Part shown: positions 38,000 to 48,697 of the stretch, in pieces
Position numbering within the stretch: position 1 is the first letter of the stretch
Layout of the letters: every line of letters begins with the position of its first letter
From: an uncultured Candidatus Saccharibacteria bacterium
GTDB taxonomy: Bacteria > Patescibacteriota > Minisyncoccia > Phycocordibacterales > UBA9973
NCBI GenBank assembly: GCA_964634365.1
Contig: CAZWJU010000002.1
Span: 167,150-231,149 of the forward strand
Direction: 5' to 3'
Length of the DNA: 64,000 nt
Notes under the pieces: model-generated
Database searches by the model: none
The model's input: only the letters and a program-made list of their open reading frames with translations
Told to the model about the DNA's origin: nothing
Made by a program: the position numbers and the translations under genes

Positions 38000-39001
38000 A
38001 TGAAAAAAATACTGTTCATCTTAGTTTTATTGCAAATTATTACTACCTCCGCCTTTGGGCAGGATGGTAAACCCATTCTGAAATCAGAGTGGTGCGGGAA
38101 AATTACTGGTGACCAGTATGTCACCGCAATTGAAAACGGAGACCCTGACGGGATCTTCAACTGTACAACCACAGAGCTCAAAAAAACCTTTAAGGATGTT
38201 TTGAATTGGGATATTGAGCACAAGTGGAAAGATCAAAATTTAAACCCTATTGTAACTGATCAAGATTTGTACTCATCTTTAAGAGCTTGTTTTTCTGGTT
38301 TATCAGACGCCAGCTTTAAAAAAGGCGAAAGATTAATTGGTTATGTGGCCGAAGATGGAACAATCAAGTTCAAGGCATTCCGATCTAATTATGCCGGAGA
38401 AGAAAGTTACAAGTATAGTGGTTTTGATATTTGGTCACAGTGGTGTGGTAATCCGTTCGCTGACTTGGCTTTTTTGGGAAGCACAGGCACTGTTAAAAAA
38501 GATGCCGTTGTTGCAAGTGCAAATGGTCAGCCGATCATCATAAACAACTATGTTTATGCCGGCAACAATAATGGTAATGGTAACGGTGGAGACGCATTGG
38601 CGCTCAGCACCGCGCCAGCTGCAGATAATGCAGTAGATGCGTCAGTGCCTGCGCCGGTTGTTTATCAGCCGCCTGCACCACGCTATGATCCACCTGCGCA
38701 AGTTGTTTACCAACAACCACAACAACCGGTTGTTTATCAAACAGGTCCTGCGCCATCAAGCGGAGGGGATTGCCCTGAGTGTAAGAAGGGTGTACCTGCA
38801 TGGGTTCCGGTTGCAACTGCGGCCGGTGGGGTTGTGTTAGGGTATTTCCTGAACGAATGGATCGGAAACGGTTCTTCAGGAGGAACCTACTACGGAACTC
38901 CAACGGGATATCCTGTTGATGTCAATGGTGGAAACCCTGTTGGCCCTGGTGGTCCAGTAGACATACCGGGTGGCCCTGTGGACATCTCAGGTGGTGGATG
39001 A
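38000..39001 (+). CDS. Secreted Pro/Gly-rich protein
   Basis: Signal peptide AFG|Q, VVYQ repeats, late hydrophobic segment, GGPVD repeats. Confidence 0.7.
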   Translation: MKKILFILVLLQIITTSAFGQDGKPILKSEWCGKITGDQYVTAIENGDPDGIFNCTTTELKKTFKDVLNWDIEHKWKDQNLNPIVTDQDLYSSLRACFSGLSDASFKKGERLIGYVAEDGTIKFKAFRSNYAGEESYKYSGFDIWSQWCGNPFADLAFLGSTGTVKKDAVVASANGQPIIINNYVYAGNNNGNGNGGDALALSTAPAADNAVDASVPAPVVYQPPAPRYDPPAQVVYQQPQQPVVYQTGPAPSSGGDCPECKKGVPAWVPVATAAGGVVLGYFLNEWIGNGSSGGTYYGTPTGYPVDVNGGNPVGPGGPVDIPGGPVDISGGG

Positions 39002-39235
39002 TTTGCAATGTTTTTGTACGACCTCGAAGTCGGGGTCGTACTACTTTTTTAGTTCTTGATTTTGGTTTATGCTAGAATCGAGGCCTAAAACATGTAGTTA
39101 TAAGTAGTTTAATATAGATCTCCTATTAGATCCTCCCATATACGGGTGGGTGGGGACTTAATTGACTTTTAAGCTAAAATGTTGTATAATACATATTATT
39201 AGTTGTCATTTATTAGAGATTAAAAAACAAATTTT

Positions 39236-41470
39236 ATGAAAAACTTTATTAAAAAAATCGCATACACATTTTCTTTCCTAGCCTTTGTTGGTTTAGGATT
39301 TACAGCGCTTCCTACAGAGGCTGCTGCTTTTGTGGCGTTCAACAACGATCCACAAGACTATGCTACTTTCCGTGGCATGAACGTTTCAGACTATCCAAAC
39401 GGTACAAACTGGATATCTACAACAGTATCAGCTGATGCTGGTGAAACAATATCTTTCGATATTTATTACCACAACACTGGTAACACAACAGCAAACAATG
39501 TGAAGCTTAAGGTGTCTCCAGAATCTACTGGAACAGGTACATCACACACTTTCACGGGTAGCATATCTGCTGATGGATACGGAGGTCTTTCAGACTCTGT
39601 AAGTGTGTCTCTTTCTAGTTCTCAATCTCTAACATACATCGACAACTCTGCTACTTGGTTTCCAAACCAAACAACTACTGGTTCTGCAATAAGTGATTCA
39701 AGTCTATTCTCAAGTGGAATAAACATCGGTTCAGTTGCACCAGGATGGTCTAGTCAAGGACACCTACGTGTTCAATTCAAAGTAAGTGGAACTACTGATG
39801 TTGCACAATGTGATGACAACGAAGACAACGATGGCGACGGATATACAGATATGGATGACCCAAGTTGTTCAAGTCCAAGTGACGACTCAGAATCTCCATA
39901 TGACGGAGGAGGTGATGATGCTAGTGCTCCTAGTGTAAGCACTCTTTCAGCTGATGATGTAGACGATAACTCTGCAACACTACGTGGTAGTGCTGATGCA
40001 AACGGAGACAGTATAAACAACTGTTGGTTTGAATGGGGTACAAACGATGCAATCGGTGATCTAGATAACACAGAAGATGTTTCATGTTCTATTCCAGATG
40101 ATTCTACTGAAGACTTTTCTGAAAATATATCTGGTCTATCTGACAATGAAGACTATTACTACCGCGCTTGTGCAGAAAACGGCGAAGGTACAGATTGTGG
40201 AGATATTGTTCATTTTGAAACAAATTCTACAGACACAGGTTCTGATCAAGAGCCAGATGTTACAACACTTTCAGAAGACAATGTTGATGAAGACTCTGCA
40301 ACACTTCGAGGAGAAGTTGATGCAAACGATGATTCAGTAAACTCATGTTGGTTTGAATGGGGTACAAACGATGCAATCGATGACCTCGATGAAACAGAAA
40401 ATGTTTCTTGTTCAATCTCAAGTGGAGATACAGAAGAATTTTCTGAGACTATAAACGGTCTAGATGATAACCAAGATTACTACTACCGCGCTTGTGCAGA
40501 GAGTGACATAGGAGAAGACTGTGGATCTATCATGAGTTTCACTACAGATAGTGACAACAATGATGATACAGATTTTGATTATTCAGACGTAACAGTTTCT
40601 ACTGTTAGTGCTACATCTATAACACAAACATCTGCAACACTTTCTGGATTTGTTTACAACACATCAAACGATAATCCTACAGGATGGTTTGAATACGGAC
40701 CAACAACTTACATGGGTCTATACTCATCACAGCAATTACTTGGTACAAATTCAACACTCTCTTACTTCAACACTGTTACAGGTTTAGTTGCTAACACAAC
40801 TTACTATTACAGAGCTGTAGTTCGCGCAGATGATGGAACCCTAAAGTATGGACAAGTTCTAACATTTAGAACACTTTCATACTCAGTTCCAGTGGTTCCA
40901 GTTGTTATCAATACAGGTACAACTATATCTACAGGTACAGGTAATGGAGACATCATGCTTACTATAGACTCTAGATATGAAAATGTTTATATGGGAGATA
41001 TAGTAGATTACACACTTATCTACAAAAATATAAGTGGAAAGACACTTCAAAACGCTACGCTTCGTGTTCTGTTCCCACAAAATATTAACTTCAGAAATTC
41101 TTCAATAGGTGATTACTCACTTGCTGACCACGCTCTAACAATTCAACTCGGTACACTCATTCCAAATCAGACCGGTACGTTCTATATTCAAGGGGTTGTC
41201 GCAAATAGTGCAAAACTAGGTGAGCTACTCGTTACAACTGCAAGTTTAGTTTACACTGACCCTAAGGGTGCTCAGCAAGAAGCTATTGCATACGAGATGA
41301 ATCGTGTTTCTACAAGTAGAAACCCACTTCTGGGTTTAGCATTCTTCTCAGGTCTTGGATTCTTCCCGAATACACTACTTGGATGGTTGCTACTCATACT
41401 TGTGATATTCGCACTAGTTTATCTAGCTCGTAGAATATATACACGTAGACCAACACCAAATTTCAACTAA
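39236..41470 (+). CDS. Cell-surface protein with Fn3-like repeats, acidic Ca-binding motif, DUF11-like domain and C-terminal TM
   Basis: Signal peptide; CDDNEDNDGDGYTD; three SATL.G...WFE.G...YYYRA repeats. Confidence 0.8.
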   Translation: MKNFIKKIAYTFSFLAFVGLGFTALPTEAAAFVAFNNDPQDYATFRGMNVSDYPNGTNWISTTVSADAGETISFDIYYHNTGNTTANNVKLKVSPESTGTGTSHTFTGSISADGYGGLSDSVSVSLSSSQSLTYIDNSATWFPNQTTTGSAISDSSLFSSGINIGSVAPGWSSQGHLRVQFKVSGTTDVAQCDDNEDNDGDGYTDMDDPSCSSPSDDSESPYDGGGDDASAPSVSTLSADDVDDNSATLRGSADANGDSINNCWFEWGTNDAIGDLDNTEDVSCSIPDDSTEDFSENISGLSDNEDYYYRACAENGEGTDCGDIVHFETNSTDTGSDQEPDVTTLSEDNVDEDSATLRGEVDANDDSVNSCWFEWGTNDAIDDLDETENVSCSISSGDTEEFSETINGLDDNQDYYYRACAESDIGEDCGSIMSFTTDSDNNDDTDFDYSDVTVSTVSATSITQTSATLSGFVYNTSNDNPTGWFEYGPTTYMGLYSSQQLLGTNSTLSYFNTVTGLVANTTYYYRAVVRADDGTLKYGQVLTFRTLSYSVPVVPVVINTGTTISTGTGNGDIMLTIDSRYENVYMGDIVDYTLIYKNISGKTLQNATLRVLFPQNINFRNSSIGDYSLADHALTIQLGTLIPNQTGTFYIQGVVANSAKLGELLVTTASLVYTDPKGAQQEAIAYEMNRVSTSRNPLLGLAFFSGLGFFPNTLLGWLLLILVIFALVYLARRIYTRRPTPNFN

Positions 41471-41530
41471 AGAAGTAAACAACAAAACCCACTCTAGAGA
41501 GTGGGTTTTGTTTATGCTAGAATCCGTCAT

Positions 41531-41989
41531 ATGAAAAGAGTGTTTGAGATAAATGAAATCGATAGTGTTGTAAAAGAATTGCTAAATGCAATTTCTGTAC
41601 CAAAAGATTCTGCGACCGTGATCGCTCTCTCTGGTGATTTGGGTGCGGGCAAAACTACTCTTACTCAAAATATTGCTTTGGTTTGTGGAATAAACGAACA
41701 AGTTCTTTCTCCAACTTTTGTTCTAATGCGAATCTACAAGATAGATGAAAAAAATAGTCAAAAAATATTTGGTTTCAAATACGAACACCTAATACATATC
41801 GACGCATATAGAATAGAAAAAGAAAAAGAACTTCTGACTTTAGGTTGGGAAGAAATGTTAAAAGAGAAAAAGAATTTGATTTTGATCGAGTGGCCAGAGA
41901 AGGTGAGTGGACTAGTTCCTAAAAACGCAATTTCAGTAAAACTAAAACACAAGGGAGAAAAAATAAGAGAAATCGAGGTTTCAAAGTAA
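41531..41989 (+). CDS. tsaE: t6A biosynthesis ATPase
   Basis: GDLGAGKTT, SPTF, HIDAYR, IEWPE. Confidence 0.93.
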   Translation: MKRVFEINEIDSVVKELLNAISVPKDSATVIALSGDLGAGKTTLTQNIALVCGINEQVLSPTFVLMRIYKIDEKNSQKIFGFKYEHLIHIDAYRIEKEKELLTLGWEEMLKEKKNLILIEWPEKVSGLVPKNAISVKLKHKGEKIREIEVSK

Positions 41990-42020
41990 TAGGTATTTTA
42001 GTGATATAATTGGCTTACAA

Positions 42021-44408
42021 ATGCCAAAAAAATCTGAAAATTTAAACAAAAATAAGCTTGTTTTGCTTGATACGCACGCTATTATTCACCGTGCTTACCA
42101 CGCCCTCCCAGACTTCGCCTCTTCAAAAGGAGAGCCTACAGGGGCAATATATGGCCTTCTGACCATGCTTTTAAAGATAATTACAGATATTAAGCCGGAT
42201 TATATTGTGGCCTGCTATGACTTGCCTGAAAAGACTTTTCGACATATTGCCTACGAGCACTACAAAGCTGGACGTGTAAAAGCCGATGATGCGCTGGTGG
42301 TCCAGCTAAATAGTTCAAGAAAAATATTTGAGGCACTTTCTATTCCTATGTATGACTCTCCAGGTTTTGAGGCTGATGATATGCTCGGCACCATAACCGA
42401 GAATTTGAAGAAGAACAAAGATGTAGATATTGTTATAGCTTCAGGTGATATGGACACGCTACAGCTTGTAGATGACAAGAGAGTTCAAGTTTTTACTTTG
42501 AAAAAAGGTATCAACGATACAATTTTATACGACGAAGAAAAGGTTCTAGAAAGGTTTGGTTTCCGTCCTGAATTTTTGCCAGACTACAAAGGTCTGCGTG
42601 GTGACCCGTCTGACAACATAATCGGGATCAAGGGTATTGGAGAAAAAACCGCAGAAATTTTAATTCAAAAATTCGGTACTTTAGAGAAAATGTACAAAGA
42701 GATCAAGAAAGATCCGCTTTGTATAAAAAATGCTGGCCTGTCAGATAGAATCTCTGAGCTTATTAAAAACGGTGAAGAAGAAGCGATTTTTTCTAAAACA
42801 CTAGCTACAATCAGACGCGATGCCCCAATAGATTTCAATCTCCCAGAAAAAAAGTTTTTAGAATCTGTAAATATAGAATCAGTAGAAGAGCTTTTGCGTG
42901 ACTTTGAATTCAAATCTCTAATGAATCGCGTGCGTTCAGTTTTAGGTGGTGCAGAAAATACAAATATTCCCGGCAAAAACATAACAGAGAGTATTTCAAA
43001 AGAGGAAGAAGAAAAAATCAGGATTGCTTTTTGGTTGTTGAATTCAGAAGTTGCCGATGCAAACTTTGAAGACATACTTTCATACGGAGGAGCCAAGAAT
43101 TTTTCTGAAGCTAAAAAAAATATAATTGATAAAATTGAAAAAGAAAATCTCGGTTATGTTTATGAAAAAATTGAACTGTCGATTATACCCATAATCAGAA
43201 AAATGGAAGAGTATGGTGTTCTTGTAGATACTTCATATTTGAAAAAATTATCAGAAAAATATCACACCGAACTCAAAAAACAAGAAGCTTCTATATGGGA
43301 GGATGCTGGGCATGAGTTCAATATAAACTCTCCAAAACAGCTTGGCGTAGTGCTTTTTGATGAAATGAAGCTTGTTCCAGAAACTGGTCGGATGAAAAAA
43401 ACTGCAGGAGGAGCTCGCTCGACAAAGGAGTCTGAGCTTGAAAAACTGCGCGGTTCCAGTCCTATAATAGATAAAATATTTTTATATCGCGAACTACAAA
43501 AACTACTCTCAACTTATATAGATGTGATACCAACACTTGTCGGTAGTGATAGTAGACTACATGCTCACTTTAAACAAAACGGTGCAGCAACAGGCAGATT
43601 TTCTTCACAAGATCCAAACTTACAAAACATACCAACAAAAACAGAGCTTGGTAAAAATATCAGAAATTCTTTTGTAGCACCAAAAGGACATAGCTTGATG
43701 TCTTTTGATTATTCACAAATTGAGCTCCGACTCGCGGCGCTTATGTCCGGAGATGAATATTTGCGAAATGTTTTCGTAGAAGGTCGCGATGTTCACTCTG
43801 CTGTTGCGATGAGGGTTTTTGATGTAAATGAAAAAGATGTGACAGCAGAAATGCGTAGACGTGCAAAGGTGATAAACTTCGGAATACTTTACGGCATGGG
43901 AGTGCTCGCATTAAAACAAAATCTTGGCACAGACAGAGCAGAAGCTCAAAAATTTTACGATAGTTATTTTGAAGAATTTCCAACAATACGCGGATATTTG
44001 GATTCTGTTATTGCACAAGCAAAAGAAAAAGGATATACAGAAACCCTTTTTGGTCGCAGAAGATATTTTCCAGGACTTAGATCAAAAATTCCTTTTATAA
44101 AAGCTATGGCTGAACGCATGGCTATAAATGCACCTCTTCAGGGTACAGCTGCAGATATAATCAAGATTGCAATTAAAAATTCACATGAGGCACTAAAAAA
44201 TGCTGGGTTGCTTGATGGGTGCCACCTCATACTTCAGGTTCATGATGAGTTGGTGTACGAAGTCAAAGAAGAGTATGTAGAAAAAGCCAAGAGTGTTGTG
44301 GTAGAAGCAATGAAAAATGTTATTCCATCTGAATTTATAAAAGATAAAAAACCTGTTCCACTAGATGTACATATATCTGTTGGCAAGAATTGGGGGGAGA
44401 TGAAATAG
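42021..44408 (+). CDS. polA: DNA polymerase I (short; 3'-5' exonuclease domain reduced)
   Basis: 5' nuclease EADD, GDPSDNI; polymerase DYSQIELR, AKVINFG, QVHDE. Confidence 0.95.
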   Translation: MPKKSENLNKNKLVLLDTHAIIHRAYHALPDFASSKGEPTGAIYGLLTMLLKIITDIKPDYIVACYDLPEKTFRHIAYEHYKAGRVKADDALVVQLNSSRKIFEALSIPMYDSPGFEADDMLGTITENLKKNKDVDIVIASGDMDTLQLVDDKRVQVFTLKKGINDTILYDEEKVLERFGFRPEFLPDYKGLRGDPSDNIIGIKGIGEKTAEILIQKFGTLEKMYKEIKKDPLCIKNAGLSDRISELIKNGEEEAIFSKTLATIRRDAPIDFNLPEKKFLESVNIESVEELLRDFEFKSLMNRVRSVLGGAENTNIPGKNITESISKEEEEKIRIAFWLLNSEVADANFEDILSYGGAKNFSEAKKNIIDKIEKENLGYVYEKIELSIIPIIRKMEEYGVLVDTSYLKKLSEKYHTELKKQEASIWEDAGHEFNINSPKQLGVVLFDEMKLVPETGRMKKTAGGARSTKESELEKLRGSSPIIDKIFLYRELQKLLSTYIDVIPTLVGSDSRLHAHFKQNGAATGRFSSQDPNLQNIPTKTELGKNIRNSFVAPKGHSLMSFDYSQIELRLAALMSGDEYLRNVFVEGRDVHSAVAMRVFDVNEKDVTAEMRRRAKVINFGILYGMGVLALKQNLGTDRAEAQKFYDSYFEEFPTIRGYLDSVIAQAKEKGYTETLFGRRRYFPGLRSKIPFIKAMAERMAINAPLQGTAADIIKIAIKNSHEALKNAGLLDGCHLILQVHDELVYEVKEEYVEKAKSVVVEAMKNVIPSEFIKDKKPVPLDVHISVGKNWGEMK

Positions 44409-44453
44409 TCCCAAGACTCTTCACAAAATTGCTACCCGTGCTACACTTTTTTT

Positions 44454-44924
44454 ATGAACAAAAATAAAACACCAAAAACAGTTCACGAGATACTGGCCCA
44501 CTCATACATCACATACTTCACAGCTCTGGTTTTGGGTCTTATTTTGGACTATTTGTACCCGCTTAGAGTTATGTCTGAAACGCTTGTTTCACTAGGGCCA
44601 CTACTGCTTATACTGGCAACTGTGCTTATATTCTGGTCTCAAAAGACATCTGACAGAACAAAAAAACACAGACTTGATCCAGAAAATCTAACAGCAAAAG
44701 AGTTTCGAAAGGGTCCGTATGTATATCTCAGAAGCCCTACACACCTTGGGCTAGCGCTGTTAGTTTTAGGTTTTGGATTTCTATCAAACTCTGTGATTAT
44801 TGTCTGTGCTTCAATGGTTACTTTTCTTGCAACAAGATATATTTTTGTTGTTAAAGAAGAAAAATATCTCGAGAAAAAATACGGCAAAGCGTATGAAGAT
44901 TATAAAAAAACTGTTAGATTTTAA
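44454..44924 (+). CDS. ICMT/PEMT-family membrane methyltransferase
   Basis: GPY.Y.R.P...EEKYL...YG..Y..Y. Confidence 0.8.
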   Translation: MNKNKTPKTVHEILAHSYITYFTALVLGLILDYLYPLRVMSETLVSLGPLLLILATVLIFWSQKTSDRTKKHRLDPENLTAKEFRKGPYVYLRSPTHLGLALLVLGFGFLSNSVIIVCASMVTFLATRYIFVVKEEKYLEKKYGKAYEDYKKTVRF

Positions 44925-44926
44925 AT

Positions 44927-45649
44927 ATGCTTTATGTTTTTTATGGTAACGATATAGAAAAACGCACAAAATCTCTTGAGCGTTTTTTAGATAAAACAAA
45001 GAAAGATGGTTTTATAGTTAATTTGTTGGACAGCAGTCTAGACGAAGGATTTTTAGCTTCATCAATAGACAGCGTCAATCTATTTGGCGAAAAAACAGCT
45101 TTTGTATTGAGACACACAATAGACGAAGAGAGTGAGAGCTCTTTTGTTTTGGATAATATTTCTAAAATGTCTAAATCAGACAATCTTTTTATTATAGTAG
45201 AGACCGATATAAAGAAATCTGTGCTCAAAGAATTTGAATCCGAAAAAGCAGAAATAGAATTTTTTAAAACAGACAAGAAAGACAAAGAAAGGCCAGCAAT
45301 CTTCTCTCTGACTGATAGTTTTGGGAATAAAGACAAGAAAAACGCTTGGATTATATTTAGAAAAATGCGAGATGATAGCATATCCCCAGACGAAATAATA
45401 CCTATGCTATTTTGGTCTATTAAAAATGCGCTTTTGGTGTATAAGCAAAATCAGAACAATCTCAGTAAAGATAGTACAAAATTAGCACCATTTGTTTATG
45501 GAAAAGCTTCTAATATGGCAAAAAAGTTTACAGACCTAGAATTGTCATCTTTTTTAGAGTCACTAAACGACATGTATCACAATGCGAGGAGTGGGAAAAG
45601 GGATTTAGATAAGGATTTGGAGCTATTTATACTAAAAGCATTGGCATAA
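44927..45649 (+). CDS. holA: DNA polymerase III delta subunit-like
   Basis: MLYVFYG.D, NLFGEK, IFSLTD, PFVY.K. Confidence 0.7.
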   Translation: MLYVFYGNDIEKRTKSLERFLDKTKKDGFIVNLLDSSLDEGFLASSIDSVNLFGEKTAFVLRHTIDEESESSFVLDNISKMSKSDNLFIIVETDIKKSVLKEFESEKAEIEFFKTDKKDKERPAIFSLTDSFGNKDKKNAWIIFRKMRDDSISPDEIIPMLFWSIKNALLVYKQNQNNLSKDSTKLAPFVYGKASNMAKKFTDLELSSFLESLNDMYHNARSGKRDLDKDLELFILKALA

Positions 45650-45876
45650 AAATAAAAAAAGGGTCTCGTGTATGGCGCGTAACCTTTACGCAACATGCAT
45701 GAGACCCTTTCTCCTATCCTAAAGAACAGAAAACCTGTGATTTATACGGATAATAATAATTTCCGTACATAATGAACTGTTTCGATATTTTTTTGCTATC
45801 CCTTAAATATATTCCCTAAATGGGTTACCTGGGGTGCAATTTTTTATGTGCTCTCCCTATATTGTACAACAGTATT

Positions 45877-46434
45877 TTATTGTTGCACTGTGTTTGTTGT
45901 GGATAAGTCAGATCCACCTTGTTTTTTAAGCGTAAAATACACACCGAAGAGTCCAATAAATAGGAACATTGCCATTAGTGGTATTGTTGAAAATCCAAAT
46001 GTAAATACGAATCTTTGTGTGCATGACACAGCAGCAGGGCAAGGTATGGGATTAAAATTCGTATAGGTGATGATTATGTGATACAGAGAGAATATACTTC
46101 CGATTATAGTTAGAGCTAGGTTTATTTGAGATACTAAAAATCTTGGGTATTTTTTTACCATAGCAAGTCCAAACAATACAACCTGAGGATATATGAAAAT
46201 TCTTTGATACCAACACAGAACACATGGTGGGTATTTGTATACATCTGAGTATATAAGACTCATTGCAACAGCACCCAGTGTAATCAAGAATCCGATCAGG
46301 TATGCTTTTTTTGAAATTAGGGCACCAAAAGCTGTTTGTTTCTTTGAAAAAGCCAAATAAATAGCCACTAGGCCAAATACCCCTATAAATATAGAGCCAA
46401 TAGTCGCCAATATGTTGAATATTTCTATAGACAT
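45877..46434 (-). CDS. dsbB: DsbB/BdbC disulfide oxidoreductase
   Basis: PCVLCWYQRI; second Cys pair; TIP. Confidence 0.88.
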   Translation of the reverse strand: MSIEIFNILATIGSIFIGVFGLVAIYLAFSKKQTAFGALISKKAYLIGFLITLGAVAMSLIYSDVYKYPPCVLCWYQRIFIYPQVVLFGLAMVKKYPRFLVSQINLALTIIGSIFSLYHIIITYTNFNPIPCPAAVSCTQRFVFTFGFSTIPLMAMFLFIGLFGVYFTLKKQGGSDLSTTNTVQQ

Positions 46435-46438
46435 ATTT

Positions 46439-46831
46439 TTAGTTTGGAGCTACGCAACCAGATTTTTCTGCCAGTGTAGATAGTGGTATTTCTCCACTAA
46501 GTCTCGATCCATCTGTAAATTCCCAAGTAGGGTAACCTTCTATTTTGTTATCTATACACACCTGTAGTTGGTCTTTTCCGTCTGTAGTAGAGCATTCTAT
46601 ATAAGGAAGAAGCTTAGATGCAGATCTTCCGAACATCTGTTTTTGTTTTTGGCAGTGGGGGCACCAAAAAGTACCATAAAACTTAACCCCATTATCTTTT
46701 AAACACTGAGCTAGTGTTTCCTGTGGAGTAGGGACTTTTATTGAATTCTTTGATTTTATAAAAAAGCTTGTAAAACCTAGTATTAAAATACCAAATATTA
46801 CAGCTAAGATTATTTTTGTTTTTGGTTTCAT
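46439..46831 (-). CDS. Membrane-anchored thioredoxin-fold protein
   Basis: FYGTFWCPHC..QK, YIEC, GYPTW. Confidence 0.88.
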   Translation of the reverse strand: MKPKTKIILAVIFGILILGFTSFFIKSKNSIKVPTPQETLAQCLKDNGVKFYGTFWCPHCQKQKQMFGRSASKLLPYIECSTTDGKDQLQVCIDNKIEGYPTWEFTDGSRLSGEIPLSTLAEKSGCVAPN

Positions 46832-46930
46832 ATATTTATTTGTAACATATCTATATTTTTTTAAAAAGCATTTTTTGTGTAAATATATTTGCCGAAAAGC
46901 TATAAATATGTTATTTTCAATGAGTTAAAT

Positions 46931-47003
46931 CCTCCCGTAGCTCAGTCGGTAGAGCAGCTCCCTTTTAAGGAGAGGGTCGTAGGTTCGATTCCTACCGGGA
47001 GGA
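46931..47003 (+). tRNA. tRNA-Lys(UUU)
   Basis: CCTCCCG...CTCC-CTTTTAA-GGAG...GTTCGATTC...CGGGAGG-A. Confidence 0.92.
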
Positions 47004-47172
47004 CAAGGTCGAAAAAGTGGACTGCTCCACTTTTGAGTACACTTGTCCTAGACGGAAACATGTTTCGTTAGCAGACGAAACAGTTGAGTCGGGGTCGCAG
47101 AAAAATACGAGCGGCGGCGAGTATTTTATCTGTGACGACACATTCACTCTTAAATAAGGAAAGATTCCTACC
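47004..47172 (+). repeat. tRNA-associated hairpin element (Lys locus)
   Basis: AAAAGTGG-ACTGCT-CCACTTTT; AGACGG..GAGTCGGGGTCGC..TGTGAC; GATTCCTACC copy at 47163. Confidence 0.75.
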
Positions 47173-47192
47173 AAGATAATGTAAAATACTCC

Positions 47193-47669
47193 ATGATAGT
47201 CTTAGACTTCTTGATTTTTAAACAAATAGGTTTTTTTACACCACTTGTTCAAATATTTTTGATTATTTTTCTATTTCTATTTACCCTAATAACACAAAGA
47301 AGGCAGTTTAAAGAAACTGGATTTACTTGGGGGAAATATCCTTGGCGAATTTCTACATTCCTTTCTAGTGCCTACGAAGAAATAATATTTAGAGGAATTG
47401 TATTGTTTGGATTGATGTACGCACTTCCAATATTTTGGTCAGTAGTCATATCTTCCGTGTTGTTCGGTCTTTGGCATATAAAAAATTATAAGTGGCAATC
47501 TAAAAAAGATACAATATATCAAGTTCTATACACAGGAATTATTTTTGGTCCCATAGCTTGCGTGATTACTTTATGGACAGGGACTATATGGATGGCTGTT
47601 ATTTTACACTACGCTCACAATTTATTAATTAGCATATTCAATAAATATTTAATCCGCTATGAACAATAA
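47193..47669 (+). CDS. CPBP (CAAX/Abi) intramembrane metalloprotease
   Basis: EEIIFRG, FGLWH, H..HN. Confidence 0.88.
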   Translation: MIVLDFLIFKQIGFFTPLVQIFLIIFLFLFTLITQRRQFKETGFTWGKYPWRISTFLSSAYEEIIFRGIVLFGLMYALPIFWSVVISSVLFGLWHIKNYKWQSKKDTIYQVLYTGIIFGPIACVITLWTGTIWMAVILHYAHNLLISIFNKYLIRYEQ

Positions 47670-48129
47670 AATCCTAATCCTAGACAATATTCGAAGCGCG
47701 GAAAACGTCGGCGCTATTTTTCGTACTGCGGACGCTGTGGGTATAGATGAAATAATCCTCTGTGGTACTACGCCTGACCCAATAGATCGTTTTGGTAGAC
47801 CAAACCCTAAAGTCGCAAAGTCTGCTCTCGGTGCAGAGAAAACTGTTCTCTGGCGACACACAAGCGATACTCTGTCCGAAGTAGAGAATCTTAAAAAATA
47901 TGGATACCAAATAATCGCGATTGAGATTGCAGAAAATTCAATTGATTATAAAAAAGTTGTACCGGCTGAAAAAGTAGTTTTCATACTCGGCTCTGAAACT
48001 CTAGGCATATCAAAAAGTATTTTAGACATATCCGACATGATCGCTGAAATTCCAATGCAGGGCGAAAAAGAATCTCTGAATGTTTCAGTTTCTACTGGAA
48101 TTGCATTATTTAGAATGCTTGGGGTCTAA
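47659..48129 (+). CDS. TrmH/SpoU RNA methyltransferase
   Basis: LDNIRSAENVGAIFRTAD, G.E..G, IPM.G..SLNVSV. Confidence 0.92.
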   Translation: MNNKILILDNIRSAENVGAIFRTADAVGIDEIILCGTTPDPIDRFGRPNPKVAKSALGAEKTVLWRHTSDTLSEVENLKKYGYQIIAIEIAENSIDYKKVVPAEKVVFILGSETLGISKSILDISDMIAEIPMQGEKESLNVSVSTGIALFRMLGV

Positions 48130-48692
48130 TAGAATTCTAAAGTTCTAAAAATAGAAAATGCAGTGTTTTGAACACTAGGATTTAGGTTGTATCCAGATAT
48201 TGAAAATTTTTCTAGAGCTGGTGTGCGATCAATAAACATACCTGTTGTATTTCCTAAAAATCCTGTAGGTTTGATCATTGTCGCATAGTATCCACTAACA
48301 GTTTCGTGAGTAAAAGTATGTCTGTCGTCTGTTGTCGGAACTGGAATCGTAGCATATGGTCCGTATTCAAAAAACAGAACAGTGTTTCCGTTTGTAAATT
48401 CTCCTCTGTATGAATTCCAAACACTAGAGTCAGATTCATTGAATGCCCAATCTGTCGGCATAGCTACAGAAAAATATTTTGTTGAAACAGATTTCCACCC
48501 AGCTGGAGTATTTGGATTTAGTGCTGTGTTGTCTGGTCCATATATTTCGCCCGTATCAAGAGGGGAAGGTGGCTTTATAAAAGGTTTGTCGTTTTCTGGG
48601 TCGTATCTTTCTGGTCCGCCACTAATAAACCAAGCCAAAAAAAGCACTGCTAGTAGGCTACCAAACCATTTTAATTCTTTCATTCCGTCCAT
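48126..48692 (-). CDS. Membrane-anchored hypothetical protein
   Basis: N-terminal TM, GGP.R...KPF motif. Confidence 0.6.
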   Translation of the reverse strand: MDGMKELKWFGSLLAVLFLAWFISGGPERYDPENDKPFIKPPSPLDTGEIYGPDNTALNPNTPAGWKSVSTKYFSVAMPTDWAFNESDSSVWNSYRGEFTNGNTVLFFEYGPYATIPVPTTDDRHTFTHETVSGYYATMIKPTGFLGNTTGMFIDRTPALEKFSISGYNLNPSVQNTAFSIFRTLEFY

Positions 48693-48697
48693 GTTTT

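Noticed and set aside
42021-44408. polA as a pseudogene because it is short
   Set aside because: The ORF is uninterrupted with intact 5' nuclease and polymerase motifs; only the proofreading region is reduced.
45655-45870. ncRNA between holA and dsbB
   Set aside because: The main hairpin (45658-45710) is explained as a terminator between convergent genes, and I found no convincing promoter.
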